The notes under the pieces: generated by a model
The model's input: only the letters and a program-made list of their open reading frames with translations
Told to the model about the DNA's origin: nothing
Databases searched by the model: none
Made by a program: the position numbers and the translations under genes
Part shown: positions 1 through 64,000 of the stretch, piece after piece
Layout: each line of letters begins with the position of its first letter
How positions within the stretch are numbered: position 1 is the first letter of the stretch
Origin: the human T2T-CHM13v2.0 reference genome, Homo sapiens
Strand: one strand, 5' to 3'
NCBI RefSeq assembly: GCF_009914755.1
Contig: NC_060943.1
DNA: 64,000 nt

Positions 1-2900
<2,900 letters not shown>

Positions 2901-3008
2901 GAACTAAGTCGTTAAGCAGCTGTGACTACAAGCAGAGGAGGTAGGGTCAGAGACCAGGAGGTTCCATTCTCAGGGGAGCCGGGAGGGATCAGGGGACTGA
3001 GGACTTGC

Positions 3009-19591
<16,583 letters not shown>

Positions 19592-19824
19592 CACAGGTCC
19601 CCCTACTGTGACCCCCACAGCGCCCGCTGCCAGCCACCTGCGTCTGTCTGGCTTTCTCTGGGTCCCTCTCTGTGTGTCTCTGCCACCTGCTTTTCTTTTT
19701 TATCTCTTTCCGTTACTCTCCTCCCTTTCTCGTTTTCCTCTTCCCCTCTTCCCTGTGAGTATCTCTCTCTGTCTTGCTCTCAGTCTCAATCTCTGAGTCT
19801 CTTTCTCTGTCTCTTTAAAAAAAC

Positions 19825-22375
<2,551 letters not shown>

Positions 22376-23407
22376 TGATTTATCTTTCTATCTTTCTCCA
22401 TCTGTTTGAGACTCTCTCGCTCTCTATATTAAGTTGTTAAATCTCAGTCAATCTTTATTTCACTGTGTCTCTCCATCTCTATATGTCTCTGTTATTCTGT
22501 TTCTCTGTCTCTGTTCTCACCTCTGTCGCTCCCCTCACCCCACAGTCTGTCTCACACACACCAGGAGCTCCATAAATATTTGTTCTCAGCCACACTCTGA
22601 CCACGCCTCTTTCTCTTATGTGTCTCTCCATCTCCGAGTGGCTCTGCTCATCACATCCCTGGATTTTATAACCATATGCTGGTGGGCCTGCCCTCCCCGC
22701 GTGCACATACACTTGCCTGGGATAAGCTTCTTCTGCCTGCTTATCTCCTGCGGGAATTGGAAATGCTAGTTTTCTCCCTACCTCCCCAAGACCCCCGCCA
22801 ATATCGTTCCCAGGAACAAGATGAGGCATCTGGCCTCAGCCCCCAGCTTCATCCTCGATGCTGGACTTCCATCTTCCCTCACATGCTTGACTCCTTGCCC
22901 TCCTCCCACCTCCCCTCTCCCAACTGCTCTCTACACCCCCTGGGAAATGGGCTGGATGCCGAGCTGGGGGAGTGGCTCTGTCCTGGGGGCCCTCGCCAGA
23001 TGGTGTCCCTAGGTGCCAGAGCGTGGAGCTGTCCCTTGCTGGGGCCTTTAATAAGCACAAACCTTCCACCCTCCACCTTGGCTGTTTTCCTTCTCTGCAT
23101 GCTCCTGGGACCTTGGGCTCTCCATCTTTCCATGTCCGTAGCCCCAGAGAGCCAGGAAGGGGAAGCGGCGTCAAGTGCCTGGAAAAACAGCCCCATGACT
23201 TGAGTTCCTCCCTAAGACTCAGGAGTTCCAGCCCCATGTCCATCCTATTTCAAAATCCAGGCACTAGATAAGCCACACAGAAGCCGGGAGTGTAGGCCCC
23301 CAGATCCCTCCCCTCTCAGACCCTGGGGTCTCAGTCCCTTCTCTCCAAGGACTCGGGAATTTGGGCCTCTGATCCTCCTGGCCACACTACCCACCCCCGC
23401 ACCTCCC

Positions 23408-23409
<2 letters not shown>

Positions 23410-23464
<55 letters not shown>

Positions 23465-23466
23465 AC
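23410..23466. repeat. (CA)n microsatellite
   Basis: About 24 uninterrupted AC units between NPHS1 and KIRREL2. Confidence 0.95.
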
Positions 23467-24871
23467 AGGACTTAGGACAGATGTTCACGGTCTGATTTCC
23501 AAATCCTCCTGGGCCTGTGTGGGGGTGGGGAGAGATTGGCAGATAGATCCACCGACTCTTAAGACTTAAGACCAGATATTCTGACCCCTGTCACCCTCTT
23601 CCAAGTGCACCATGCACTTGAGTGCACCTTGAGTCTCCAGCCTCTCAAGGAACCGGGAGATCAGGCCATCAGCGTCTCAGCCAGCAAAGGCCTGAACCAC
23701 CAGTCCCTTATAACCCTGTAAGTCCAACCCCCACTCCCAACCCCACTCCCCCATTTAGGGACACGGAGTCTGAGCCTAAGAACAGTGGAGAATCTGAATG
23801 TGGACCCTCCAGTTCTTACAGGTCCAGGAATGTCAGATCAGGGTCCCAGCCCCCCAGCCCTCCTTCAGGCTGCTCGGGGTCCCTCCCACCTGCTCGGCCA
23901 GCTGCGCAGCGTGGGAACGCCCCAGCTGGGCTGCATGGAGCCGTCAGGACAAGCTGCGCGGTTCCCAGCCTCCCTGCCTGCCCCGGCCCGGCACCGCCGC
24001 CTCCCAGCCGTCGCCGGGCAACCAGGCCGAGGGGCCCGGCCGGCCGAGTGGGGAGAGGGGTTGGGCTGGGACTGCGGGGTCCTGGGAAAGGAGGGGCCGA
24101 GGGCCTGGATTCCTGGGTCTTAGGACGTGCTGTAGTTTGCAGCAATAACAAGGGAACAGAGGGATATTTTGAGGAGGGGTTTTGAGGCTGGGGGAGTCGA
24201 GGTAGGGGTCCCAACTGTCCCCCAGGTATCGGTGTGCCCTCTTCCCGACACGCAGGCCCGGGGGAGCCCCGGACCCCGCATCCCCCAGGGCGCGGAAACT
24301 GGCGAGGCCCCAGGAGCTCCCATTTATAGCTCAGTTTCCACTGAGCGCAGTCCCTCTAGGACCTGGGCTGAGCAAGTTTCTTCCACTCTCTCCCTTCCCT
24401 CCTCCTCACCCCTTGCCTGCCCCTCAACCCCGGCAGGGCGCAGGTGTCCAACCCAGCCGGGACCCCCTCCCTCCTCGAACCCAGGTGTTCCGGCTCCCAG
24501 ACCCCAATTGAGCTGGGGGCGCCCACCCGCCGGGGGATCCCGCCCTGCGTCCCCCATTCATCCGCGTCTCAGCCGCGGGAGTTTCTCAACGGGAAGAGGG
24601 CGGAGCTCCCGGGGGGCGGACCCGGGCGGGGCGAGCGGGATCGGGCCCTCTTGGGGTCTCCCAGAGACCCAGGCCGCGGAACTGGCAGGCGTTTCAGAGC
24701 GTCAGAGGCTGCGGATGAGCAGACTTGGAGGACTCCAGGCCAGAGACTAGGCTGGGCGAAGAGTCGAGCGTGAAGGGGGCTCCGGGCCAGGGTGACAGGA
24801 GGCGTGCTTGAGAGGAAGAAGTTGACGGGAAGGCCAGTGCGACGGCAAATCTCGTGAACCTTGGGGGACGA

Positions 24872-34246
<9,375 letters not shown>

Positions 34247-34866
34247 CATCTTTCCAATGGAAGAGTCCTGGGATCTCCAACTTGCCATAATGGATTGTTC
34301 TGATTTCTGAGGAGCCAGGACAAGTTGGCGACCTTACTCCTCCAAAACTGAACACAAGGGGAGGGAAAGATCATTACATTTGTCAGGAGCATTTGTATAC
34401 AGTCAGCTCAGCCAAAGGAGATGCCCCAAGTGGGAGCAACATGGCCACCCAATATGCCCACCTATTCCCCGGTGTAAAAGAGATTCAAGATGGCAGGTAG
34501 GCCCTTTGAGGAGAGATGGGGACAGGGCAGTGGGTGTTGGGAGTTTGGGGCCGGGATGGAAGTTGTTTCTAGCCACTGAAAGAAGATATTTCAAGATGAC
34601 CATCTGCATTGAGAGGAAAGGTAGCATAGGATAGATGAAGATGAAGAGCATACCAGGCCCCACCCTGGCTCTCCCTGAGGGGAACTTTGCTCGGCCAATG
34701 GAAATGCAGCCAAGATGGCCATATACTCCCTAGGAACCCAAGATGGCCACCATCTTGATTTTACTTTCCTTAAAGACTCAGAAAGACTTGGACCCAAGGA
34801 GTGGGGATACAGTGAGAATTACCACTGTTGGGGCAAAATATTGGGATAAAAATATTTATGTTTAAT

Positions 34867-34872
34867 AATAAA
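34867..34872 (+). terminator. KIRREL2 polyadenylation signal AATAAA
   Basis: First AATAAA after the stop, about 620 nt downstream, in AU-rich context. Confidence 0.7.
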
Positions 34873-34985
34873 AAAAAGTCAAAGAGGCAAGTGTGTCTTA
34901 GGGAGTCTACTGGCATTATCACTCTCCACCAAGGAAGGGGTCCCTTAGACCTGTCCCAAGGTCCCTCCTCTACCCTAGCCTATGA

Positions 34986-35234
<249 letters not shown>

Positions 35235-35374
35235 TAGACAGGGTTTCACCATGTTGGCCAGGCTGGTCTCAAACTCCTGACCTCAAGTGATCCGCCCACC
35301 TAGGCCTCCCAATGTGCTGGGATTACAGGCATGAGCCACTGTGCCCAGCCATGGGCTCTTTTAATATACATCTT

Positions 35375-35408
<34 letters not shown>

Positions 35409-35413
35409 CACAC
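35375..35413. repeat. (CA)n microsatellite upstream of APLP1
   Basis: CA run with one CG interruption. Confidence 0.9.
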
Positions 35414-36390
35414 ATGAGTTGCAAACAGAAAAGACACACACATAGGCATGTATGCACAGACACACGCATAGATGTCCACACAGTTGCACACAAGTGACAG
35501 GGCTGCCCCAGGGGTCCTGGGGAAGACTGAATTCTAACTCTCATTAGAGGAGACAAACAAGTGAGCCCTGAAGTGGAGCAGGGAAGGGGAGACTATGGGT
35601 AGGAAAATGGCAATCCCCTGGTCCTTACAGCAAGCGTGGAGATCCAGACCCTAATCCTGAGGTGCTGCATCCACAGTGGGCATGGTGCTGGTGCCTGCTT
35701 GGATGATCCTTAAAGAAAGGTCCTGGGGGCTTTGGTTCATGGATCCTTGAGCTAGGAGTTAAAGGTCCAGGCCCCTGGGACCCTTGGGAAGCAGAGCAAG
35801 AAGAGTGAACTCCTGGGTCTGAAGGAGAATGGGCTGGGGGCTTGGTCTCTGGTCCTGAGAGAGAAGGTGCCCAGACTTCTGGATCTGAAAGAGGAAGGGA
35901 CTAGGTCTCAACTGCTGCCTTCTTGACTGGGGACATTTTGGAGGCCTGTATTCCTGAGCCCTCAACAGAGGAATGTACTAGGGGATGGGGGTCTCTGATG
36001 CTTGCATCCTTGGAAAAGGACAAAACTGTGAGTGTCTGGGTCTAAAGAGGGTGAGAGTCCTGCGGGAGGACTCAAAATCCACAACGGGCGGAGCCCATAG
36101 CCGGACTCCTGGCTGGGCCCTTCATGGGGCGGGACGCCTGGAATCTCGAGGGGCGGGGGCCTGGCGCAGGCTCCCGCCCGGGGTTCCCGAGCTGCTCCAC
36201 TCTGCGCGAAGCCGCCACGCTATTGTCCTGACCAGGAAGGCGGGGCCGGCGCGGGGCGGGGCTGGCGGCGCCGGCGCAGCCCGGGGGCGGCGGGAGGAGG
36301 AGGTGGCGGCGGTGGCGCTGGGAGCTCCTGTCACCGCTGGGGCCGGGCCGGGCGGGAGTGCAGGGGACGTGAGGGCGCAAGGGCCGGGAC

Positions 36391-47195
<10,805 letters not shown>

Positions 47196-47524
47196 CCCGG
47201 CCCCCTTCACCCCTTCAGCCGAGCCCAGACCTCCCCTCTTCCTGGAGCCCCAGAACCCCAACTCCCAGCCTAGGGCAGCAGGGAGTCTTGAAGTGATCAT
47301 TTCACACCCTTTTGTGAGACGGCTGGAAATTCTTATTTCCCCTTTCCAATTCCAAAATTCCATCCCTAAGAATTCCCAGATAGTCCCAGCAGCCTCCCCA
47401 CGTGGCACCTCCTCACCTTAATTTATTTTTTAAGTTTATTTATGGCTCTTTAAGGTGACCGCCACCTTGGTCCTAGTGTCTATTCCCTGGAATTCACCCT
47501 CTCATGTTTCCCTACTAACATCCC

Positions 47525-47530
47525 AATAAA
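47525..47530 (+). terminator. APLP1 polyadenylation signal AATAAA
   Basis: AATAAA 330 nt after the stop, followed by a GT-containing downstream element. An AU-rich tract (TTAATTTATTTTTTAAGTTTATTTAT) lies upstream at about 47418-47443. Confidence 0.85.
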
Positions 47531-47728
47531 GTCCTCTTCCCTACCAGGCCAGTCTGAGTCTCTGTGGGAGAATTAGTCTGTAACCACAGCTGGACGCGGT
47601 GTCATCGCCGCCCAGGCCGCCTTGGCCTCTTTAAACGGGATGACGGAGCTTTAAATCTGGGCGGGTCCTGCGGGAAGGGCTGGCGCGCCGGGGGCGGGGC
47701 TCAGAGGCCAGGGATAGGCGCCTGTCCT

Positions 47729-47749
47729 GGAGCTGTCCGCGGTGCTGAA
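47729..47749 (-). promoter_or_regulatory. RE1/NRSE (REST binding site)
   Basis: The minus strand reads TTCAGCACCGCGGACAGCTCC, against the canonical TTCAGCACCnCGGACAGCGCC. Both half-sites and the 2-bp spacer are intact. Confidence 0.9.
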
Positions 47750-48012
47750 CTGGCCGCGCCTTCCAACTGTCAGTTGGGTACCAGTGTGGACCCCAAGGAG
47801 GCTGGGCTCCAGCGAGTTTCCCCTGCCATCTGTTCAGCCTCACACACAATCACATGCAGCGCCCACCCCAATCTTCGAGAGTCCTGTAAGAGATTATGAA
47901 TCGTGAACCACCGTTCCCATTCCCCAAAGTCTTCATTCCTTCTCGGGGAGTCTATAGAAACCCTCCTGGAGTGTGGAAATTCCAGTCACGTGTCCCAGAA
48001 AGGGATATATGA

Positions 48013-48285
<273 letters not shown>

Positions 48286-48959
48286 TAGGCCAGGTGCGGT
48301 GGCTCACGCCTGTAATCTCAGCACTTTGGGAGGCTGAGGCGGGCGGATCACCTGAGGTCAGGAGTTCGAGACCAGCCTGGCCAACATGATGAAACCCTAT
48401 CTCTACTAAAAATACAAAATTAGCCGGGCCTGGTGGCGTATGCCTGTAATCCCAGCTACTTGGGGGCTGAGGCAGAAGAATCGCTTGAACCCAGGAGGCG
48501 GAGGTTGCAGTGAGCCAAGATTGCGCCACTGCACTCCAGCCTGAGCAACAAGAGCGAAACTCCATCTCAAAAAAAAAAAAATTTAGAGATGGGGTCTTGC
48601 TATGTTGCCCAGGCTGCTCTCCAAGTCCTGGCCTCAAGTGATCCTCCCACCTCAGCCTCCTGAGTAGCTGGGATTACAGGCGTGCAGCACTGTGCCCAGT
48701 ATTGGAATTTATACCCTCACATGTCCCATTATGCTGGCTCGGGTTAGCCCTCTACATATACAGTTATCTGTCCCAAGAGGGTTAGGAGGATTTAAAGGGT
48801 TAATATTCGTGGAGCTGTTATAACTGCACCTGCCACTTAGCAAGTATTTGTTAAATAAATTTTAAAGTATTAAGGTAGCAAACACTCATATGGTGTTCAC
48901 CCTGTGCCAGGCACTACTCTGAGGGCTTTACATGCACTGGCACACTTAACCATTACTCC

Positions 48960-49410
48960 TGTGAAAGGAAAATAAATCCTGGGGGCCCCAAATCACTAAG
49001 TTAAAGGGAAAAGTCAAGCTGGGAACTGCTTAGGGCAAACCTGCCTCCCTTTCTATTCAAGGTCATCCCTGTACTCACTGAGAGAGGCATATTCTGATTG
49101 CCTCCTTTGGAAAAGCTAACCAGAAACTCAAAAGGATGCAACCATTTGTCTCTCACCTACCTGTGACCTGGAAGCCCCCTCCCTGCTTTGTGTTGTCCTG
49201 CCTTTCCAGACAGAACCAATGTACATCTTAACATATGTTGATTGATGTCTCATATCTCCCTGAAATGTATAAAACCAAGTTGTACCCCGAACACCTTGGG
49301 CACATGTCGTCAGGACCTTCTAAGGCTGTGTCATGGGTGCATATCCTCAACCTTGGCAAAATAAACTTTCTGAATTAATTGAGACCTGACTCAGATATTC
49401 GGAGTTCACA
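48960..49410 (+). mobile_element. Solo LTR, ERV1 MER4-like
   Basis: TG...CA termini, about 450 bp. The start TGTGAAAGGAAAATAAAT..GGGAAAAGTCAAGCTGGGAACTG..GGCAAACCTGCCTCCC resembles the MER4 group. TATAAAA at about 49268 and AATAAA at about 49360. Subfamily assigned from memory. Confidence 0.75.
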
Positions 49411-49643
49411 TTTCCATCTAATGGAGTCAGTATTATGACTATTCCTATCTATAGATTAGGAACTGAGGCTGAGAGTCGTTACATCACATGCTCTATGTCA
49501 TCATCCAGGAAAAGTCAGAGCTAAGAATTCAATCCAAGAAGCCTGGCTCCAGCATCCACTCTCCTGGCCACTTTGCTAACCTGTTTAATACTCCAAGGTT
49601 GTCCAATATGGTGCTCCGATTGTGCGCTTCAAAATTCCACGTG

Positions 49644-49929
49644 GCTGGGCACAGTGGCACGCTGCTCTAGTCCCAGCTACCCGGGAGGCTGAGGCAAGAG
49701 GATTGCTTGAGCCCAGGGCTTCTGGACTGGAGTGCACTGTGCCACTTGGGTGTCCACACTAAGTTTGGCATCAATATGATGACCTCCTGGGAATGGGAAC
49801 CGACCTAGGAAACATAGGTCAACACTCTCATGCTGATCAGTAGTGGGATAGCACCTGTGAATAGCCACTGCGCTTCAGCCTGGGCAACATAGAGGGACCC
49901 TGTCTAAAAATAAAAATAAAAATAAAAAA

Positions 49930-49964
<35 letters not shown>

Positions 49965-49965
49965 A
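49644..49965 (+). pseudogene. 7SL (SRP) RNA retropseudogene with internal deletion and (TAAA)n tail
   Basis: Alu-domain 5' end plus S-domain sequence that Alus lack (CACTAAGTTTGGCATCAATATGATGACCTCC; TGCTGATCAGTAGTGGGAT..CCTGTGAATAGCCACTG). A-rich tail and an imperfect TSD (AAAATTCCACGTG / AAAATCCAAGTG). Confidence 0.9.
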
Positions 49966-50628
49966 ATCCAAGTGATACCATTCACCTCCCAGACTTTGTA
50001 GATTTGCTTTTTTACCACAGCTTCCCAGGAGATGGCAGTAAAGTGTCATGTTCTAATGTCAGTATCTTGCATGATTTTCTGACAGATGGTTTGGGGAGGG
50101 AGCATCTATTTCTAATTCTCCCAAAGGGCCTATGAGCTAGCTGTGGTTCTTCATAATATATAACTGTAAATATAGGTCGTGTATATTGAATATACACCTG
50201 GTAGATGTTAGGAGAAGACGCTTCATGGTGCAAGTTGGATGCAATGCCAGTCTCTGTAGAGAACTCAGTTTGCACCATCACTCTGATACCGGTTATATCT
50301 TTGGTTATACTCGGATGAGCCCAGTGGAAATCTATCACTAACGCCACAGGCACCACAGGGGTTGAAAGCCGCCTTTGTATTTTCACAACCAAGAGTGATC
50401 AACAGGCTAACAACAGGTAAGGAGCTCCAAGCAGGTGAAACAGGAAAAGTAAGGCGGTTTTGCTCAATAGGGTCAGTGTGTAAAGTAAAGTTTAATGGTA
50501 ATACTTAGAGTATTTAATTTTAAAATGTTGTTATTCAAATTCCAGCAGGAAAAATAATTTTGCTGTTATTTATCTGATGTTCTTGCACTCCTAAGTCATT
50601 CTTTTCCCACTGAAGATGATCTTGGTAA

Positions 50629-51066
<438 letters not shown>

Positions 51067-51103
51067 TAGTGAGACACAGTCTTTACAAAAAAAAAATTAG
51101 TCA

Positions 51104-51421
<318 letters not shown>

Positions 51422-51639
51422 CTAGCTTCTCAAGAGGCTGAGGCAGAAGGATCTCTTGAGTCCAGGCAGGAGGTGGAGGCTGCAGTGAGCTGACATTGCA
51501 CCACTGTACTCCAGCCTGAGCAAGAGTGAGACCCTGTTCTTATTTAAAAAAAAAAAAAAAAAAAAACACACAAAGTTTCTGAGGGACATTTTATCATGTT
51601 AGTGGGGTGGGTGTGTGCACATGTGTGTATTGATATGCA

Positions 51640-52620
<981 letters not shown>

Positions 52621-53612
52621 TACAAATTGAGATATACATCTTATATGTCAACAAAACCTCAGATGCCATCAGTGATAAAAAATAGCATTATTTTAGGTAC
52701 CACAAAAGGAAAAAAAAGGCAAAATATAAACTATGTCACACAATTGACTATAAGATGATCCCAATTAAGTTCTTCTGTATTTTTTATTTTATTATTATTA
52801 TTTATTTACTTACTTTAGAGACAGTGTCTTGCTGCCTCCCACGCTGGAGTGCAGTGCTGCAATCATGGTTCACTGCGGCATCAAACTCCTGGCCTCAAGT
52901 GATCCTCCTGCCTCAGCCTCCAAAGTAGCTGGGACTACAGGCACCCGCCACCATGCCCAGCTAATTTTTGTATTTTTAGTAGAGACAGGGTTTCACCATG
53001 TTGACCAGGCTGGTCTCCAACTCCTGACCTCAAGTAATCCGCCCTCCTTGGCCTCCCAAATTGCTGGGATTACAGGAGTGAGGCACCTCGCCCAGTCCCC
53101 AGATAACTCTGTCTCCCAATATTGAGACCCTTGTGTAATGCCTCCCACACTGATCTGGGATCAATGACATGTCAACAAGTATGATACAAGCAGGGACTTG
53201 TCTCCTTGGATCTCTCTTTCTTGGAACCACTGAGCCACCACCTGAAGTTAAGAGATCCACCTGCCCTCCTGGACTGCATGGAAAGACTCTTGGGCCACTC
53301 CTGGAAGCTCCATTATCTCAGCTGAGCTATCAGGCATGTGAGTGAAGGTGTTGTGGATTTCCAGGCCAGTTGGGCCTCAGGTTGATTGCAGCCACATGAG
53401 GAACCAAAGGGAGACAGCAGAACAGCCAGCTGAACCCGGCGTAGATTTCAGTCAGAAACAATTAAGAGGGGCTGGGCGCGGTAGCTCACACCTGTAATCC
53501 CAGCACTTTGGTAGGCCGAGGTGGGTGGATCACTTGAGGTCAGGAGTTCGAGACAAGCCTGGCCAACATGCTGGAACCCCAATCTCTACTAAACAAATAC
53601 AAAAATTAGCTA

Positions 53613-53792
<180 letters not shown>

Positions 53793-53939
53793 TTAAGCCT
53801 TAAGTTTTGGGGTGGAGACATTGGCTGGAGCCCCGGAATGTGCTAACATGTACATTCGGTCTGTGGTCCATGAAAGGTTCCTAGCTATGGGGGCTGTGAT
53901 GGGTCCAAGGGCTTTCTGGGATGGGGGCTCTTTGTGTGA

Positions 53940-54212
<273 letters not shown>

Positions 54213-54427
54213 TAGCCAGGATGGTCTCAATCTCCTGACCGCATGATCCGCCCGCCTCGGCCTCCCAAAATGCTGGGATTACAGGTGTGAGTCACTGCGC
54301 CTGGCCAATTTTTTTGTATTTTTAGTAGAGACAAGGTTTCATCATGTTGGCCAGGCTGGTCTCAAACTCCCGACCTCAGGTAGTCCACCCGCCTCCGCCT
54401 CCCAAAGTGCAGGGATTATAGGCATAA

Positions 54428-54688
<261 letters not shown>

Positions 54689-55409
54689 TGATCTGCTCGC
54701 CTCGGCCTCACAAAGTGCTGCAATTTTAAGTGTGAGTCACTGCGCCTGGCTGAGAATGGGGTTTTGTGGAATTCTTAGTTTGGGTTTCTCCAAAAGCAGC
54801 TATGGAGGGAAGGATTGGAGGGAAAGTTCACTTGGAAGGGATGGAGAACATTGGTAGGGGAGACAGGAAGAGACACAGAGAAGAAAGAGCAGCCAATAAA
54901 GGGTATTTTATCAAGCCCAGACCACTGTGGGGAACTGGGGATTCATCTGCTGGGGAACTCTGGAGCCCGCATAGGCCATGCACTTCCAAGTTAGCCCAAC
55001 AGACAGGTGGGGGACTATCTCCTATCAGTAACTGGCTGAGGGCTGCTGGAGTGGGAAGTGGACACGAACCCCCTGGCTTTCAACACTTGCCATGCTCATA
55101 CCTGGGGCAGAGCCGCACCAGTGGTTTGAGATTGCCCAAAGGCAAATATTCTGGGGCTGACACCCAGGCTGGTCTCAAACTCCTGGCCTCAAGTGATCCT
55201 CACACCTTGGCCTCCTAAAGGCCAGTCCCTCTTGTGTCGCCAGGGTGAGGGTGACAGGATATGGACTTGGCACCCATGGTGGCTGCTACATCCTCCCCCC
55301 TCAGGCACATTCATCCCAATATGACCCCTCAGCGGGCATCACAGCCACTCCCCTGCACCAGTGCCCCCAGAGATCAGACAACAGTGGTTCTAGTCCAAAT
55401 TGAGTTTAA

Positions 55410-55805
<396 letters not shown>

Positions 55806-56059
55806 TGAGCTCTGAATCAGAGAGCAGTGAGACCTAAGGGTCCCTGATCTCAGAGGGTCCCTCCTGTCTCAGGGTGAGGACCTGAAGGGTGTGGGTCCCG
55901 GGGAGGGTGAGGAGGCCATTGTAGGAGATTTACTGAGATGGTATCGGGATGCCCCAAGCACCACGTAGGGGGATTACATCTGGGTTTCTGGGAACGAAGA
56001 GCTGAGTTAGGGGAGAGAACCCGAAAGATCTCAGTGGGGAAAGGACTAGGGGTGCAGGG

Positions 56060-56207
56060 TGTTTCACAGAAACAATCAAGGGGCCTCGATTTCACAGAAA
56101 TCATCAAGAGGGCTCCTTGTGGGTAGAAGAGGGGTATCACAGCACCCCAAATATTGGGGCCTGTTCACCCCTCTGCAGCCATTCTGGGGTTTTAATGTAA
56201 AACCCCA
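56060..56207 (-). promoter_or_regulatory. NFKBID 3'UTR Roquin-type constitutive decay elements (CDE stem-loops)
   Basis: mRNA-sense hairpins with pyrimidine-purine-pyrimidine triloops: UGUUUC-UGU-GAAACA (56060-56074), GAUUUC-UGU-GAAAUC (56088-56102), UGGGGUUUUA-CAU-UAAAACCCCA (56185-56207). Further hairpins lie at 56131-56159. NFKBID is an established Roquin target. Confidence 0.9.
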
Positions 56208-56317
56208 ATGGCAGGATATTCCACATACATTATCATGGGTTTGCAACATTAGCATACGCTGGCTGTCCCGCAGGACGGTGGGGACTGGAAAATCAGTCCA
56301 GGGTCTGGGTTTGAGTC

Positions 56318-64000
<7,683 letters not shown>

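Noticed and set aside
24323-24328. Minus-strand TATAAA that might drive an upstream NPHS1 first exon
   Set aside because: A single hexamer with no supporting exon or donor that I could identify.

Overview
This is human genomic DNA (chromosome 19q13.12 by gene content), very Alu-rich, carrying four known multi-exon genes. NPHS1/nephrin is on the minus strand (coding exons 1-23 of 29 present) and lies head-to-head with KIRREL2/NEPH3 on the plus strand (complete, 15 coding exons, 708 aa). APLP1 follows on the plus strand (complete, 17 exons, 650/651 aa), converging on the 3' part of NFKBID/IkappaBNS (minus strand). I traced all exon boundaries by hand, and the spliced frames close to the expected protein lengths. 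Also present: a 7SL retropseudogene, a MER4-like solo LTR, MaLR/MIR/L1/MER30 remnants, degenerate MSR1-like chr19 minisatellite units and CpG islands. This is a well-studied locus and I see no new protein-coding system; most of the ORF track is Alu or antisense noise. The most interesting signals are cis-acting. (1) A dense, single-strand array of AGGTCA nuclear-receptor half-sites (two perfect DR1, two NBRE) in the last NFKBID intron. (2) A near-perfect RE1/NRSE just 3' of neuronal APLP1. (3) An APLP1 exon whose acceptor has no pyrimidine tract, apparently because an Alu landed next to it. (4) A duplicated APLP1 donor that would give an NMD-escaping, YENPTY-less tail. (5) Intronic CCAAT-box clusters resembling internal promoters in KIRREL2 and APLP1. 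(6) The Roquin stem-loop array of the NFKBID 3'UTR, including two mutually exclusive hairpins. (7) A fossil multi-template-switch insertion inside an Alu.
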